Below are positions 46,123-56,995 of a stretch of DNA of 64,000 nucleotides, one piece after another. The position numbers and the translations under genes were made by a program. The DNA comes from Nanobdellota archaeon (GTDB lineage Archaea; Nanobdellota; Nanobdellia; Pacearchaeales; GW2011-AR1), in contig JBBTAC010000002.1 of the NCBI GenBank assembly GCA_038044405.1, positions 58,547 through 122,546 on the forward strand, in the 5' to 3' direction. Below the pieces are notes generated by a model. It was not told the DNA's origin, did not search any database, and saw only the letters and a program-made list of their open reading frames with translations. How positions within the stretch are numbered: position 1 is the first letter of the stretch; each line of letters opens with the position of its first letter.

Positions 46123-49100
46123 TTATTTATCTTTCTTATTCCCCAACTCACTCAAAAATCTATCAGATATATAATTTCTTCTCCAGTTAATTACAATCAC
46201 GGAAATTATTGCGCCGACTATTACAATAATAATTGCTAAAGCAATATAAAATCCAGTGTTAGTTCTTGCTTGTTCTCCTTCTATAATATTGCTCTTAATC
46301 TCATCCAAGATTGCATTCGAATTTAATCCCATAACAACTCTTGCCCTCTCATCTCCAACACTTTCAACAGCCATATATATTTCGGTGCTTCCAAGTAATA
46401 CCGGAATAATATCTGTCGACGGAATTAGATAATCTCCATTAAGCGCCTTGACAAGAACGCCGTCTTCTCTTACTTCGAAAGCCAATTCGTAAACATTTCC
46501 ATATTGATCAATAATATTCTTCTTTTCCGTTGCTCCTCTTTCAACATCTACAAATGTAGGAGAATCAGAAACAGAAATCTGCTCTATACTATTATCTACT
46601 ACTGTATCATTAGTTACTTTCTTTGCAACTACTAATACTTGAGCGCCATCTCCAGAATTACTGCCGGTACTTCCAGTATTGCCTGTATTTCCCGTACCTG
46701 AAGATACAGAAACTGTAAACGTAATATTTCTATCTGCCCCTATTTGAGTGTGGTCAACTCTAGCCATGAAAACTCTCAAAGTATGCAAACCATTTGAAAC
46801 AGAAGAAAATACATAACTTCCATCATTATCTAAATCCATATATTCTGTTCCGTCTAAAATTAAATGTACATGATTAACATCCGTTAAATTTCCGCCTTCA
46901 GTATAAACCACTGTAACACTGCTTGTGCCGATAGTTGCTCCATTCGATGGAGATGTTATAGTAATTGTAGGGGGTAAAGATGCAACGCATACAGAATCTG
47001 CGCCATCAATCAAATTATTGCAATTATTATCTAAACCATCAGAACAAAGTTCAGCTGCTAAAGGATTAATATTAGCATTTCCGTCGTTACAATCTATAAC
47101 AGAACCGCAAATTCCAGTCGACGTTGTATTATATCCATCCAAATCTACATCGATGCATGTAACAGGAACTGTACATGTAGGGTCGTTAGAATCTATTAGC
47201 GAATTGCAATTATTATCAATTCCGTCGTTGCAAACCTCGGTTATTCCAGGGTTTACAAAAAATAAAGCATCATCGCAATCAACTGCTCCGCAGCTTCCGC
47301 CAGTAGTTGCGTTCCATCCGTCAATATCCGTATCAGTGCAAACAATAGGAGTTAAAGTATTATTAATTATTCTGAAATTATCTGTGAATGTTCCAGTACT
47401 ATTCAAAAACTGCACTGAAACTTCCGTTGAGTTCACAAAGAATTTAGTAAAACCAAATGTAGGATTTATATTATTTCCCATCCATTTTGTAAAGTATCCC
47501 GCCTCTGAATCCAAAGTATTGATATCATATAAAGATTGCCCAAATGTGCCATCAATAATTAAAACAGAACCAGCCCCCTTGGAATATAAATCATCACTTC
47601 CGTCATCAACAACACAACCATTATTATAAGAGTTTACTTGCGCACAAGATAGTTGTTTACTTCTTTCATAAACATGATCATGTCCTTGCAAGATAAGGTC
47701 TACTTTTTTATTGAACAATAAATTCATCAGGTCAGCTCCAATCTCACAGCTCTTTGTTGCTGCAGTGATGCAATTCTTATGCATTCCTACGATAACCCAA
47801 GGAATTCCAGCAACTCTAGCAGAATCAATTGTATTCGAGAGCCAAGTGTAATTAGAATTTCCAACAGTATAACTATATGCCGCCCCATTTATATTTAGAT
47901 TTGGAGCAATCATGATAATTCTTGCCAAATTACTCACATCAAAATAATATTCAGCACCATATAATCCATTGGAACTCATTCTATCAGGCAAACATGCTGC
48001 AAAGTTCATGATATATCCATTAGGCCCTCCAGTTTCTTCATGATTTCCAGAAATCAATTCAAAAGGATATACTGAATTCAATCTAGATTTAATAAAGTTG
48101 CACCAGTTTGTTTCTGTTCCAGCAGCACCATAACTCATATCTCCCAAAGCAAGATAAAAGCTTGAATTTGACGCGTTCAACATATCTAAACTTCTATTTG
48201 TATTAATATTCCATCCATGATCGCCTGCAGCTGCAAAACTAAAGCTTGTTAATACAGGTAAAGGCAAAACATTATCCACAGTTACAGAAATTGCAGAAGT
48301 CCGTATATTCCCAGCAGCGTCTCTTGCTCTTGCAGATAAATTGTGATTTCCATTTGCAGTTGTAGAACTATTCCACAAAATACTATAAGGAGTAGTCAAA
48401 TCCTCACTTCCAATATTTGCTCCATCAATTAAAAATTGAACTCCTGCAACACCAACATTGTCAGATGCAGTTGCATTTACAGTAATAGTATTTGAAACAA
48501 TTGATCCATTAAGAGGAGTTGTAATTGAAACTGTTGGAAGTGTTGTATCAGGAGGAGGAAGCCCTAAACAAATGCTATCTGCCAGTGCAGTCACACAAAC
48601 ATATCCTCCGCTTACATCAAGTCGAGTATCTAAACAAGGAGGATTCTTTTGCGGGAAAAATACTTCAAAATTATCTCCAGATATTCTATTATGATTGCAA
48701 ACTATGAGTCTATCAAGATTAGCAACATCTTGTCCAGGAGTATAATAATCCATACTAATTCCGCTGCCAGATGCAAAAAGATTATTCACAAGGATAGTAT
48801 TGGGATCAGGTAAGTCACAACCATTGCAACTTCCAGGCGCCGCGCTTGTTCGGTGACTGTAATCAGCATTTCTAAAATAATTATTTTCATATCGAATAAT
48901 ATCACTTCTAAAATAAGGCCCTAATAAATTAGTATCATAAAAAAAGGAATTTCTTAGTGTATGATTTGCCGTATCATAATCTCCATAATGAAATGCCGAA
49001 TTTGATTTATAAACTTTAAATCCATCAAAATCAAAATTAGAATCTGGATATCCATAAAAAGGATAACGAATGGTATTCCAAATCACAACATTTCTTAAAG

Positions 49101-50841
49101 TAGATATAGGGCAGCTATATCCGTTCTGATAAAGTTTATTACACACCCACCACAAAGTAAGTCCTTGGACATTACCATACATCTCATTCCCATCAAATTC
49201 AGAGATATTCATTGAGTATCCATTTCTCAAAGTGTACTGTCCTGCAATAGCAGTGTCAGCTCCTTGGAAATTTGGGATACGAAGATCAGCAACGCCTTCA
49301 ATGTTTGAAAAATATTGCTGTTGATACTTAAATCCATACGATGCTTCGACATCTCCCTGACCTTCACCCATATTTGCAGCTACATTATTTCTCACATAAT
49401 TATTTGGTCCTCTAAACCAAAATCCAACACCTTCCCTTCCAATGCCTCGTCCAGAAGGATCAGCTTCAATTCTCTGACCATTACTTGAAATCTTAGCAAC
49501 AAAATTATGGTCAAAAAGATTATAACTTTCAGTTCCATCTTCAGTAACTATTCCAGAACCGCCTAAATTATACACAACATTATCCTGAATTAATCCATAA
49601 TGGGAATTATGGATTGTTATACCCCATTTCTGTGGAGGAGGTTGAACAGCAGAACTATTTTCATAAATTGCATTTCCAACAAGTCTAAATTGATAAGGGT
49701 TGCTAAACCATGGAGTTCCAGGAGCAGGACCCATTGTATGATGCATATGCAAAGAATATCTTCCAATAGGATTTGTTACAGCGTTTAAATCATTAAAAGT
49801 AGTTCTCCCTAAATCAACAAATGCAGAATATCTTATATCAACACTAGCTCTTCCTGTAAAAAGAACATGCCCCCTCGTCCCAGTTTTACTTTCAGATCGG
49901 ATAACAATATTTCTTCTCAGATTACCAATATGTGGTAAATAATCTGGCTGTCCATCTGCATTCTCATCAGTAGTTCCAGGATGAGTATAAGTTAATGCAG
50001 GCGAAAATGTAATATTTCTTCCATCTCCAGAGATTGCAGTAATAGTTCGTTCTTCTAATTGAAGATAAGTATAACGATTAGCCCCATTACCAGGATCAGG
50101 ATAAAAATGAGTATCAGGAATAAATATTTTATCTCCAACTTTCCATCCAGTCACCGCCTGTGTCAAAGAAAACGTCGTCGCCCCCGCAACTGGCGTTTGT
50201 GAAACTCTCACAAAAGTAGGATTCATTAGAGAGCCATGCATACTAACTTTTCCTAAACCAATTAAAGCAGTTCCAAATTGCGCAGGATCTTCAATTGAAT
50301 CAATTGGAACATCCCGAATAATAATTTCAGCAGAAATTCCGTCAGGAATAGGATTGCCCTCTGAACCAACTTCTAAAGTTCCTTCAGGAAATACTAAAAT
50401 ATATCCCGCTTTTAATTGAGTATTTTGTGTTCTTGAAAAGTTAACAACTCCGTGAATATTCAAGCAAGTAATATTAACTCCAACTGGAGCATCATACGTT
50501 ACTCTATGACTAACGTTCACAGAATCGTTATGTGTAGGTATCCTATTCAAATTCCAAGTCGCAGGATCATTCCAATTTCCATTTTGAACAGAATAAATAC
50601 TAGGCACAGGACATAAAATAGGAATATTGCCACCGCTTGTCGGAATAGTTGGAGCAAGTAATAATTGCTGGAAAAAGGGAAGATGTAATTTCTCAATATT
50701 TAAAAATAATTTCTGAACTCTCACTTCGTCAGTATGTCTGCTAAGAATTTTAATAAAAACAATTGAAAGCAATATAAATGAAATTATAAAAACTAGAAAA
50801 AATATAAAAGAATTAAAACTAACCTTCCTCTTATTATGCAT
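46123..50841 (-). CDS. Giant surface protein: G8 + beta-helix + Ig-like + metallophosphoesterase + Cys/Asp repeats + C-terminal TM
   Basis: GNWNDPATW, GRYSLHMH, DTTLPTV...ASDNVGVAGVQF, AAGDHG/ALGDMSY/SGNHE/QGHDH, repeated D.DGY..DCND...NP...E.C.DG.DNNCN. Confidence 0.8.
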   Translation of the reverse strand: MHNKRKVSFNSFIFFLVFIISFILLSIVFIKILSRHTDEVRVQKLFLNIEKLHLPFFQQLLLAPTIPTSGGNIPILCPVPSIYSVQNGNWNDPATWNLNRIPTHNDSVNVSHRVTYDAPVGVNITCLNIHGVVNFSRTQNTQLKAGYILVFPEGTLEVGSEGNPIPDGISAEIIIRDVPIDSIEDPAQFGTALIGLGKVSMHGSLMNPTFVRVSQTPVAGATTFSLTQAVTGWKVGDKIFIPDTHFYPDPGNGANRYTYLQLEERTITAISGDGRNITFSPALTYTHPGTTDENADGQPDYLPHIGNLRRNIVIRSESKTGTRGHVLFTGRASVDIRYSAFVDLGRTTFNDLNAVTNPIGRYSLHMHHTMGPAPGTPWFSNPYQFRLVGNAIYENSSAVQPPPQKWGITIHNSHYGLIQDNVVYNLGGSGIVTEDGTESYNLFDHNFVAKISSNGQRIEADPSGRGIGREGVGFWFRGPNNYVRNNVAANMGEGQGDVEASYGFKYQQQYFSNIEGVADLRIPNFQGADTAIAGQYTLRNGYSMNISEFDGNEMYGNVQGLTLWWVCNKLYQNGYSCPISTLRNVVIWNTIRYPFYGYPDSNFDFDGFKVYKSNSAFHYGDYDTANHTLRNSFFYDTNLLGPYFRSDIIRYENNYFRNADYSHRTSAAPGSCNGCDLPDPNTILVNNLFASGSGISMDYYTPGQDVANLDRLIVCNHNRISGDNFEVFFPQKNPPCLDTRLDVSGGYVCVTALADSICLGLPPPDTTLPTVSITTPLNGSIVSNTITVNATASDNVGVAGVQFLIDGANIGSEDLTTPYSILWNSSTTANGNHNLSARARDAAGNIRTSAISVTVDNVLPLPVLTSFSFAAAGDHGWNINTNRSLDMLNASNSSFYLALGDMSYGAAGTETNWCNFIKSRLNSVYPFELISGNHEETGGPNGYIMNFAACLPDRMSSNGLYGAEYYFDVSNLARIIMIAPNLNINGAAYSYTVGNSNYTWLSNTIDSARVAGIPWVIVGMHKNCITAATKSCEIGADLMNLLFNKKVDLILQGHDHVYERSKQLSCAQVNSYNNGCVVDDGSDDLYSKGAGSVLIIDGTFGQSLYDINTLDSEAGYFTKWMGNNINPTFGFTKFFVNSTEVSVQFLNSTGTFTDNFRIINNTLTPIVCTDTDIDGWNATTGGSCGAVDCDDALFFVNPGITEVCNDGIDNNCNSLIDSNDPTCTVPVTCIDVDLDGYNTTSTGICGSVIDCNDGNANINPLAAELCSDGLDNNCNNLIDGADSVCVASLPPTITITSPSNGATIGTSSVTVVYTEGGNLTDVNHVHLILDGTEYMDLDNDGSYVFSSVSNGLHTLRVFMARVDHTQIGADRNITFTVSVSSGTGNTGNTGSTGSNSGDGAQVLVVAKKVTNDTVVDNSIEQISVSDSPTFVDVERGATEKKNIIDQYGNVYELAFEVREDGVLVKALNGDYLIPSTDIIPVLLGSTEIYMAVESVGDERARVVMGLNSNAILDEIKSNIIEGEQARTNTGFYIALAIIIVIVGAIISVIVINWRRNYISDRFLSELGNKKDK

Positions 50842-50977
50842 TATTTAGTCAAAGAATAAAGATATATAAAGATATCCTTAATATTCGATAATATTAGCCA
50901 ATTTTAACTTTATCGACGATAAACTGGCAGAAAGGTTTTTAAATGAAGTTTCATTTTTTAATACTTACTAAATCAAG

Positions 50978-52867
50978 ATGACTGGCAATAAAGAATATTC
51001 TGCTGAAAAAATAACCGTATTAGAAGGGTTAGAAGCAGTAAGAAAAAGGCCTGCAATGTACATTGGAAGTACTGGCAAGTCTGGACTCCATCATTTAGTC
51101 TATGAAGTAGTAGACAACTCTGTTGATGAAGCAATGGGGGGCTATTGCAAAGAAATAGAGGTAATATTGAATAAAGATGGCAGCGTAACTGTCATAGACG
51201 ACGGCAGGGGAATCCCTGTTGATACCCATCCAATATACAAACGCCCTGCTTTAGAAATAGTTGTCACAAAATTACACGCTGGAGGAAAGTTCGACAAAGG
51301 AAGTTATTCAGTTTCAGGCGGATTGCATGGTGTAGGAATAAGTGTCGTTGCAGCATTGTCAAAACATATGTCTGTTATTGTAAAAAGAGGAGGAGAAAAA
51401 CACAAACAAGAATACAAAATAGGAAAACCATTATACGATGTAAAAGTTATAGGTGAAATTCCTAAAAGTGAAACAGGAACAGAAGTTACATTCATGCCTG
51501 ACGATACGATATTCTCAACAACAGAATTCGAATTCTCAATATTGGCGACAAGATTAAGGGAAATTGCATTCTTGAATAAAAATCTTAAAATCACATTAAA
51601 AGATGATAGAAATGATAAAAAAGAAGTTTTCTTTTATGAAGGCGGACTTGTAGAATTTGTCAAATGGTTGAATAAATCAAAAGAAGCATTGCACAAACCA
51701 ATCTACTTTTTGAAAGAAGATGGTGGAACAGTTATAGAATGTGCTGTCCAATATAATTCAAGCTATCAGGAAAATGTTCTTGGTTTTGTAAATACAATTA
51801 ATACAGTTGAAGGAGGAACTCACATTGTCGGATTTAAGACAGCCCTTACAAGAGCAATAAATGATTATGCAAATAAAAATAAATTGCTCAAAGACGGAAA
51901 CCTAACAGGCGACGATGTCAGAGAGGGTTTAACAGCAATAGTATCTACAAAAGTTCCAGAGCCGCAATTTGAAGGCCAAACAAAAACAAAACTTGGAAAC
52001 AGCGAAATTAAAGGCATTGTAGATAAATTAAGCATGTCTGCGTTATCTGAATTTTTTGAAGAAAATCCAACCATAGCAAGAAGAATAATATTAAAGGCGA
52101 CAGAAGCGCAAAAAGCAAGAAGTGCTGCAAAAAAAGCAAAAGATTTAATTCGAAGAAAAAGCGCTTTTGGCGGCGGAGGGTTGCCTGGAAAATTAAGAGA
52201 TTGTGCAAATAAAAAAGCAGACAATACAGAACTATTTATTGTTGAGGGAGATTCTGCAGGCGGTTCAGCAACACAAGGAAGAAATAAAGAATTTCAGGCA
52301 ATATTGCCTCTAAAAGGAAAACCTCTAAATGTAGAAAAAGCAAACCCTGTTAAGGTTTTAGGCAACGAAGAAATCTCTTCATTAATTACAGCTATTGGAG
52401 CAGGAATTGGGGATCAATTTAATATTGAAAATATGAGATACTCTAAAGTAATTCTTATGAGTGATGCAGATGTTGATGGAGCGCATATTAGAACACTCTT
52501 ATTAACATTCTTCTATAGATTCTTGCCAGAATTAGTAAAACAAGGTCATATTTACATTGCAGTTTCTCCATTATACAGAGTTAGAAAACGCGGAGACCAT
52601 TATATCTATTCAGATGAAGAATTAAAAGAAATGAGGCAAAAACTTGGACAGAACATTGACGTGCAAAGATTTAAAGGTCTTGGTGAAATGAACTCAGAAC
52701 AATTATGGGAAACAACAATGAACCCAAAAACCAGATTGCTAAAAAAAGTTACAGTAGAAGATGCAGCTGCAGCTGACAAAATATTTTCTCAATTAATGGG
52801 GGATGACGTTGAAGCTCGCAGGCAATTCATTGCAGAACGAGCGCATGAAGCCCAAATAGATATTTAA
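50978..52867 (+). CDS. gyrB: DNA gyrase subunit B
   Basis: EGLEAVRKRPAMYIG, LHAGGKF, VEGDSAGGS, PLKGK, DADVDG, RFKGLGEM. Confidence 0.95.
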   Translation: MTGNKEYSAEKITVLEGLEAVRKRPAMYIGSTGKSGLHHLVYEVVDNSVDEAMGGYCKEIEVILNKDGSVTVIDDGRGIPVDTHPIYKRPALEIVVTKLHAGGKFDKGSYSVSGGLHGVGISVVAALSKHMSVIVKRGGEKHKQEYKIGKPLYDVKVIGEIPKSETGTEVTFMPDDTIFSTTEFEFSILATRLREIAFLNKNLKITLKDDRNDKKEVFFYEGGLVEFVKWLNKSKEALHKPIYFLKEDGGTVIECAVQYNSSYQENVLGFVNTINTVEGGTHIVGFKTALTRAINDYANKNKLLKDGNLTGDDVREGLTAIVSTKVPEPQFEGQTKTKLGNSEIKGIVDKLSMSALSEFFEENPTIARRIILKATEAQKARSAAKKAKDLIRRKSAFGGGGLPGKLRDCANKKADNTELFIVEGDSAGGSATQGRNKEFQAILPLKGKPLNVEKANPVKVLGNEEISSLITAIGAGIGDQFNIENMRYSKVILMSDADVDGAHIRTLLLTFFYRFLPELVKQGHIYIAVSPLYRVRKRGDHYIYSDEELKEMRQKLGQNIDVQRFKGLGEMNSEQLWETTMNPKTRLLKKVTVEDAAAADKIFSQLMGDDVEARRQFIAERAHEAQIDI

Positions 52868-52868
52868 A

Positions 52869-53117
52869 ATGGAAAAGAAAAAAATATGTCCAAACTGCGG
52901 AAACAGATCAATGATATTAGAGCAAACTAGTGTAAACGATAATAATTTTCTAAGAACCCCATTAGTATGCAAGGAATGCGGACATATAGATCTAATTATG
53001 GAAGAAGAACAAGAAGCTAAAATGTTTGAAAAACAAAATTCAATGAACAAAATACCTGGAGAAAAAGAAATTCTCTCAAAAAGAAAAATATCTAAAAAAC
53101 CTAGAAAAAAACAATGA
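52869..53117 (+). CDS. Small Zn-ribbon protein between gyrB and gyrA
   Basis: CPNCG...CKECG; basic tail; overlaps gyrA start. Confidence 0.7.
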   Translation: MEKKKICPNCGNRSMILEQTSVNDNNFLRTPLVCKECGHIDLIMEEEQEAKMFEKQNSMNKIPGEKEILSKRKISKKPRKKQ

Positions 53118-55630
53118 CATCAAAAACAGACGAAGAAAAAATTGAAGAAGAAATAGAAGAGAAAGAAAAAGAAAGAAGAAAGAAAAATATGATTGAAGAC
53201 GGCGTCCAAGGGGCTGAGATAGTTGACGAAATGAAAAAGTCCTATATCGACTATGCGATGTCAGTCATAGTTCAAAGAGCTCTTCCAAGTGTAGAAGATG
53301 GTTTGAAACCAGTCCACAGAAGAATTTTGCACACTATGAACCTATTAGGTCTTGACCCTTCAAAACCAACAATTAAGTCAGCTAGAATAGTTGGAGACGC
53401 AATGGGTAAGTTCCACCCTCACGGAAACATCGCTATTTATGATGCATTAGTAAGAATGGCCCAAGATTTTTCTTTAAGATATCCTTTAGTTCATGGTCAA
53501 GGAAATTTCGGTAGCCTTGACGGAGACAGTGCGGCAGCAGACCGTTATACTGAAGCTAAACTAAGCAAGATTGCATCAACCTTATTGGACGACATTGATA
53601 AAGAGACAGTTAAAATGATGCCCAACTATGACAACTCTTTGAAAGAACCAGAAACCCTGCCTGGAAAATTGCCAAATCTCTTATTAAATGGTGCAACAGG
53701 AATTGCAGTTGGTATGGCTACAAACATCCCTCCGCATAATTTATCTGAACTATGCGACGCAATAATGGCCTACGTAGACAATCATGAGATAAAAATTGAA
53801 GACTTAATGGAAATTGTAAAAGGTCCTGACTTCCCAACTGGCGGATTTGCAATGGGCCCTGGAATATCTGAAATGTATAAGACAGGAAAAGGAAAAGTAA
53901 TTATGAGGGCCCGAACAACAACAGAAGAAAATAAGGGAAAAGAACAGATAATTGTCACCGAAATTCCTTATATGATTAACAAGGCAGAATTAATAAAAAC
54001 AATAGCAAAATTAGCAAGCGAAAAAAAATTGCCGGATATTTCAGACATATGGGATGAATCTGCAAAAGGAAAAGTTAGAATTGTTATCGAATTGAAAAAA
54101 GGAATAGATCCCAAGTATACTTTAAACAAGCTTTACAAATTAACTAATCTCCAAACTAATTTTGACGCAAACATTCTCGCATTAGTAGGAAACCAGCCAA
54201 AAGTTCTAAATTTAAAAGAAGTAATTATAGAATATATAAAATACAGAATAAGAATTGTTACAAATAGAACAAAATTTGAATTAAAAAAAGCAGAAGACAG
54301 AATAGAAATTGTCCTAGGGCTGCTAATCGCCATAAAACATATTGATGAAATTGTCGACTTCATAAAGAAAAGCAAAGCCGTTGCAGATGCTCACGAAGGG
54401 CTTATGAAAAAATGGAATTTATCAGATAGACAGGCAAAAGCAGTCTTAGAAATAAAATTACAGCAATTAACTTCTTTGGAACATACAAAACTGAAGGAAG
54501 AAGAAGAAAAATTAAAGGAAACAATCGAATACTTGAAAAAAGTCTTATCTTCTGACAAAGAAATATTAAGAATAATCAAGAAAGAAGTCTCTGACTTGAA
54601 AAAAGATTATGGTGACGAAAGAAGAACTAGAATTATAAAAAAAGTAGATGAAATCTCGGAAGAAGACATGGTTGAAAAGAAAGACGTCGTAGTATTATTG
54701 ACAAACTCAGGATATATTAAAAGAGTGGATGTCCAAACATACAAAGAACAAAAAAGAGGCGGAGCAGGAATAATCGGAGCAGAATTGAAAGAAGAAGATT
54801 TTGTTAAAAAATTAGTTACATGTTCTACTCATGATTACTTATTATTCTTCACATCTAGAGGCAGAGTATATTGGCTTAAATCACATGATGTTCCTGCAGC
54901 AGAAAGACAAAGTAAAGGAAGAAGTATAATTAATCTATTAGACTTGAAAGAAGAAACAATTGCAAACATAATTGCACTTCGTAATTTTGAATCAGGATAC
55001 TTAATATTCGCGACAAAACTCGGAATGGTTAAGAAACTGCCCTTGAGAGATCTAGCAAAACCAAGAAGCACAGGCGTACGAATAATGAGTCTTCCATTAG
55101 ACGGATCAGACGAAATAATTAATGTAGGTTATGTTGAAGACCATCAAGAAGTCTTATTAGTAACAAAAAAAGGACAAGCAATTAGATTTAACTCAGACCA
55201 CGTCAGACCAATGGGCAGATCTAGTTATGGAGTAAAAGGAGTTGACTTAGGAAAAACAGATGCGGTAGTTTCATTAATGGAAATTCCAAAAGACGGCAAA
55301 ACAACTGTCTTAACAATTACAGAACATGGATATGGTAAACGTTCTGACCTAGAAGATTATAGGATAACAGCAAGAGCAGGAAAAGGAGTTATAAATCTAA
55401 AAACAACAGATAAAACAGGAAACATAATCTCATCTGTTTCTGTAAACGACAAAGATTCAATAATTATCACAACAACGCAAGGAATGACAATAAGAGTTAC
55501 AATGAAAGAACTGCGTGTAATGGGAAGAGCAACGCAAGGCGTTCGAATAGTTAGATTAAAGGAAAGAGATAAAGTTGCAGACGTAGTTAAAGTCGCAATG
55601 GTCGCTGAAATTCCAGTAATTTCTGTTTAA
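53114..55630 (+). CDS. gyrA: DNA gyrase subunit A
   Basis: DGLKPVHRRIL, FHPHG, AADRYTE catalytic Tyr, GyrA-box QKRGGAG, beta-pinwheel repeats. Confidence 0.95.
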   Translation: MTSKTDEEKIEEEIEEKEKERRKKNMIEDGVQGAEIVDEMKKSYIDYAMSVIVQRALPSVEDGLKPVHRRILHTMNLLGLDPSKPTIKSARIVGDAMGKFHPHGNIAIYDALVRMAQDFSLRYPLVHGQGNFGSLDGDSAAADRYTEAKLSKIASTLLDDIDKETVKMMPNYDNSLKEPETLPGKLPNLLLNGATGIAVGMATNIPPHNLSELCDAIMAYVDNHEIKIEDLMEIVKGPDFPTGGFAMGPGISEMYKTGKGKVIMRARTTTEENKGKEQIIVTEIPYMINKAELIKTIAKLASEKKLPDISDIWDESAKGKVRIVIELKKGIDPKYTLNKLYKLTNLQTNFDANILALVGNQPKVLNLKEVIIEYIKYRIRIVTNRTKFELKKAEDRIEIVLGLLIAIKHIDEIVDFIKKSKAVADAHEGLMKKWNLSDRQAKAVLEIKLQQLTSLEHTKLKEEEEKLKETIEYLKKVLSSDKEILRIIKKEVSDLKKDYGDERRTRIIKKVDEISEEDMVEKKDVVVLLTNSGYIKRVDVQTYKEQKRGGAGIIGAELKEEDFVKKLVTCSTHDYLLFFTSRGRVYWLKSHDVPAAERQSKGRSIINLLDLKEETIANIIALRNFESGYLIFATKLGMVKKLPLRDLAKPRSTGVRIMSLPLDGSDEIINVGYVEDHQEVLLVTKKGQAIRFNSDHVRPMGRSSYGVKGVDLGKTDAVVSLMEIPKDGKTTVLTITEHGYGKRSDLEDYRITARAGKGVINLKTTDKTGNIISSVSVNDKDSIIITTTQGMTIRVTMKELRVMGRATQGVRIVRLKERDKVADVVKVAMVAEIPVISV

Positions 55631-55697
55631 TTATACAAATAGTATTATATACTAAAATATAAGTATATTTATAATATTTAAAACATTCTTAAAAATT

Positions 55698-56147
55698 ATG
55701 GTGGATTTAGAAGATCAATTAACAGAATTACATAAACAAAAAAAGCAAATTCTAGGAAAAATTGATGTAAGGAATAAGAATAGAAGAATTAAATGCGGTG
55801 GATGTGAAGATTCTCATAAAATCAGAGATCTTACAGCAATCCAAACTCATTGGTATACTTCTCCACATGGATGCACAGGAGGAGATTATTGGAATGAAGG
55901 AGAGCTACAATTTATTTGTCCTGAAACAGGCATTATAAACAGACTATTGTTTAATAATCATGATGTTCCTTGGGAAGAAAGAGATAATTACACGAATGAT
56001 CCTGAAGAACAATTCAAAATAAATTATAAAGGGCTATTCAAGGAAGTTAAAGATAGTTATGACAAAACAACTCCAAATAGATGGGTAAATAATTACTATG
56101 CAGATCAAAATCGTAAAAAGTTTAGACTCGTAGAAAAAAGAAAGTGA
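55698..56147 (+). CDS. Hypothetical protein, Cys/Trp-rich
   Basis: CGGC...HWYTSPHGCTGGDYW...CP. Confidence 0.6.
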   Translation: MVDLEDQLTELHKQKKQILGKIDVRNKNRRIKCGGCEDSHKIRDLTAIQTHWYTSPHGCTGGDYWNEGELQFICPETGIINRLLFNNHDVPWEERDNYTNDPEEQFKINYKGLFKEVKDSYDKTTPNRWVNNYYADQNRKKFRLVEKRK

Positions 56148-56181
56148 AATAAACTCCAATCAACAATAAATTTAGAAAAAA

Positions 56182-56565
56182 TCAATATCTCCAATTATAA
56201 TATCCTAAATGAGGATCATATCTTGGAGCATAATAATAGGGCTTATCATAACTATAATCCCTATCATAAACGTAAGTTCTGTCGTACATATAATTTCTAT
56301 CGTATCTATAATTAGAACTTGAAGGGTAAGTATATTTGTATATTGGCGCGTATCTATTTGGAGCATAATAATAATCGTGATAAACAGGATAATTCCTTTC
56401 CACTACTCTTTTCTCTGTTGTATAGGTAGTTTTCTCGTAATAACTATAACTATCCATAGGATAATAACCAGAATAATGACTAGGGTAATAATATCCATCA
56501 TATGCAGATACGAATGATAACGACAATATTGCTGCAAATAACGCAATAAATAGTAGTTTTCTCAT
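56182..56565 (-). CDS. Secreted tyrosine-rich low-complexity protein
   Basis: Signal peptide ending VSA; YDR repeats. Confidence 0.7.
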   Translation of the reverse strand: MRKLLFIALFAAILSLSFVSAYDGYYYPSHYSGYYPMDSYSYYEKTTYTTEKRVVERNYPVYHDYYYAPNRYAPIYKYTYPSSSNYRYDRNYMYDRTYVYDRDYSYDKPYYYAPRYDPHLGYYNWRY

Positions 56566-56672
56566 ATTATTCTAGTTGTATTTTCATATTTAAACCTTGT
56601 TTACTACTCGCCTAGATAAAAATTAAGGATAAAATAAGCAAAATATATAACTCTTATATTATTAAATAGATA

Positions 56673-56909
56673 ATGAATATAGACAAAAGGGATAAATTAT
56701 TAATAATTATTTCTACAGTTGTAGCTATTGTAGTTTCTAAGATAGCTGATTTCATATTGCCCCAATTAATGAATCTGCATTTATTAGATAGCCAGTTATT
56801 AGATCCTTGGATTAATCTATTAATTAGTTTGATACTATTAATAGGATTTACACTATTCTTTTTTGAAATTGTAAGTAAGTTAGCTTATCATACAATAAAA
56901 GAAGATTAA
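56673..56909 (+). CDS. Small 2-TM membrane protein
   Basis: Two hydrophobic segments. Confidence 0.5.
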   Translation: MNIDKRDKLLIIISTVVAIVVSKIADFILPQLMNLHLLDSQLLDPWINLLISLILLIGFTLFFFEIVSKLAYHTIKED

Positions 56910-56930
56910 TTTTCAAGGATAAAATCCAAA

Positions 56931-56995
56931 ATCAAAAAGTCCTTGAGTCTCGTACGGGACTTTTGGATGCTCAAAGTTCTCACGGACTAAAGTGC
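56931..56995 (-). repeat. Partial copy of the hairpin repeat (copy C)
   Basis: Minus strand GCATCCAAAAGTC...GACTTTTTGATTTT matches the 3' end of copy A. Confidence 0.7.

Noticed and set aside
46925..47629. 234-aa + strand ORF, and the other antisense ORFs inside ths, ppsA, thrS, gyrA/B and the helicase
   Set aside because: Shadow frames opposite well-supported genes, with no motifs.
52869..53117. Calling the Zn-ribbon gene yacG
   Set aside because: Lacks the YacG FCSxRC...DL..W signature.
50978..55630. Topoisomerase IV or bacterial contamination
   Set aside because: A GyrA-box is present, and the flanking genes, promoters and composition match the archaeal context.
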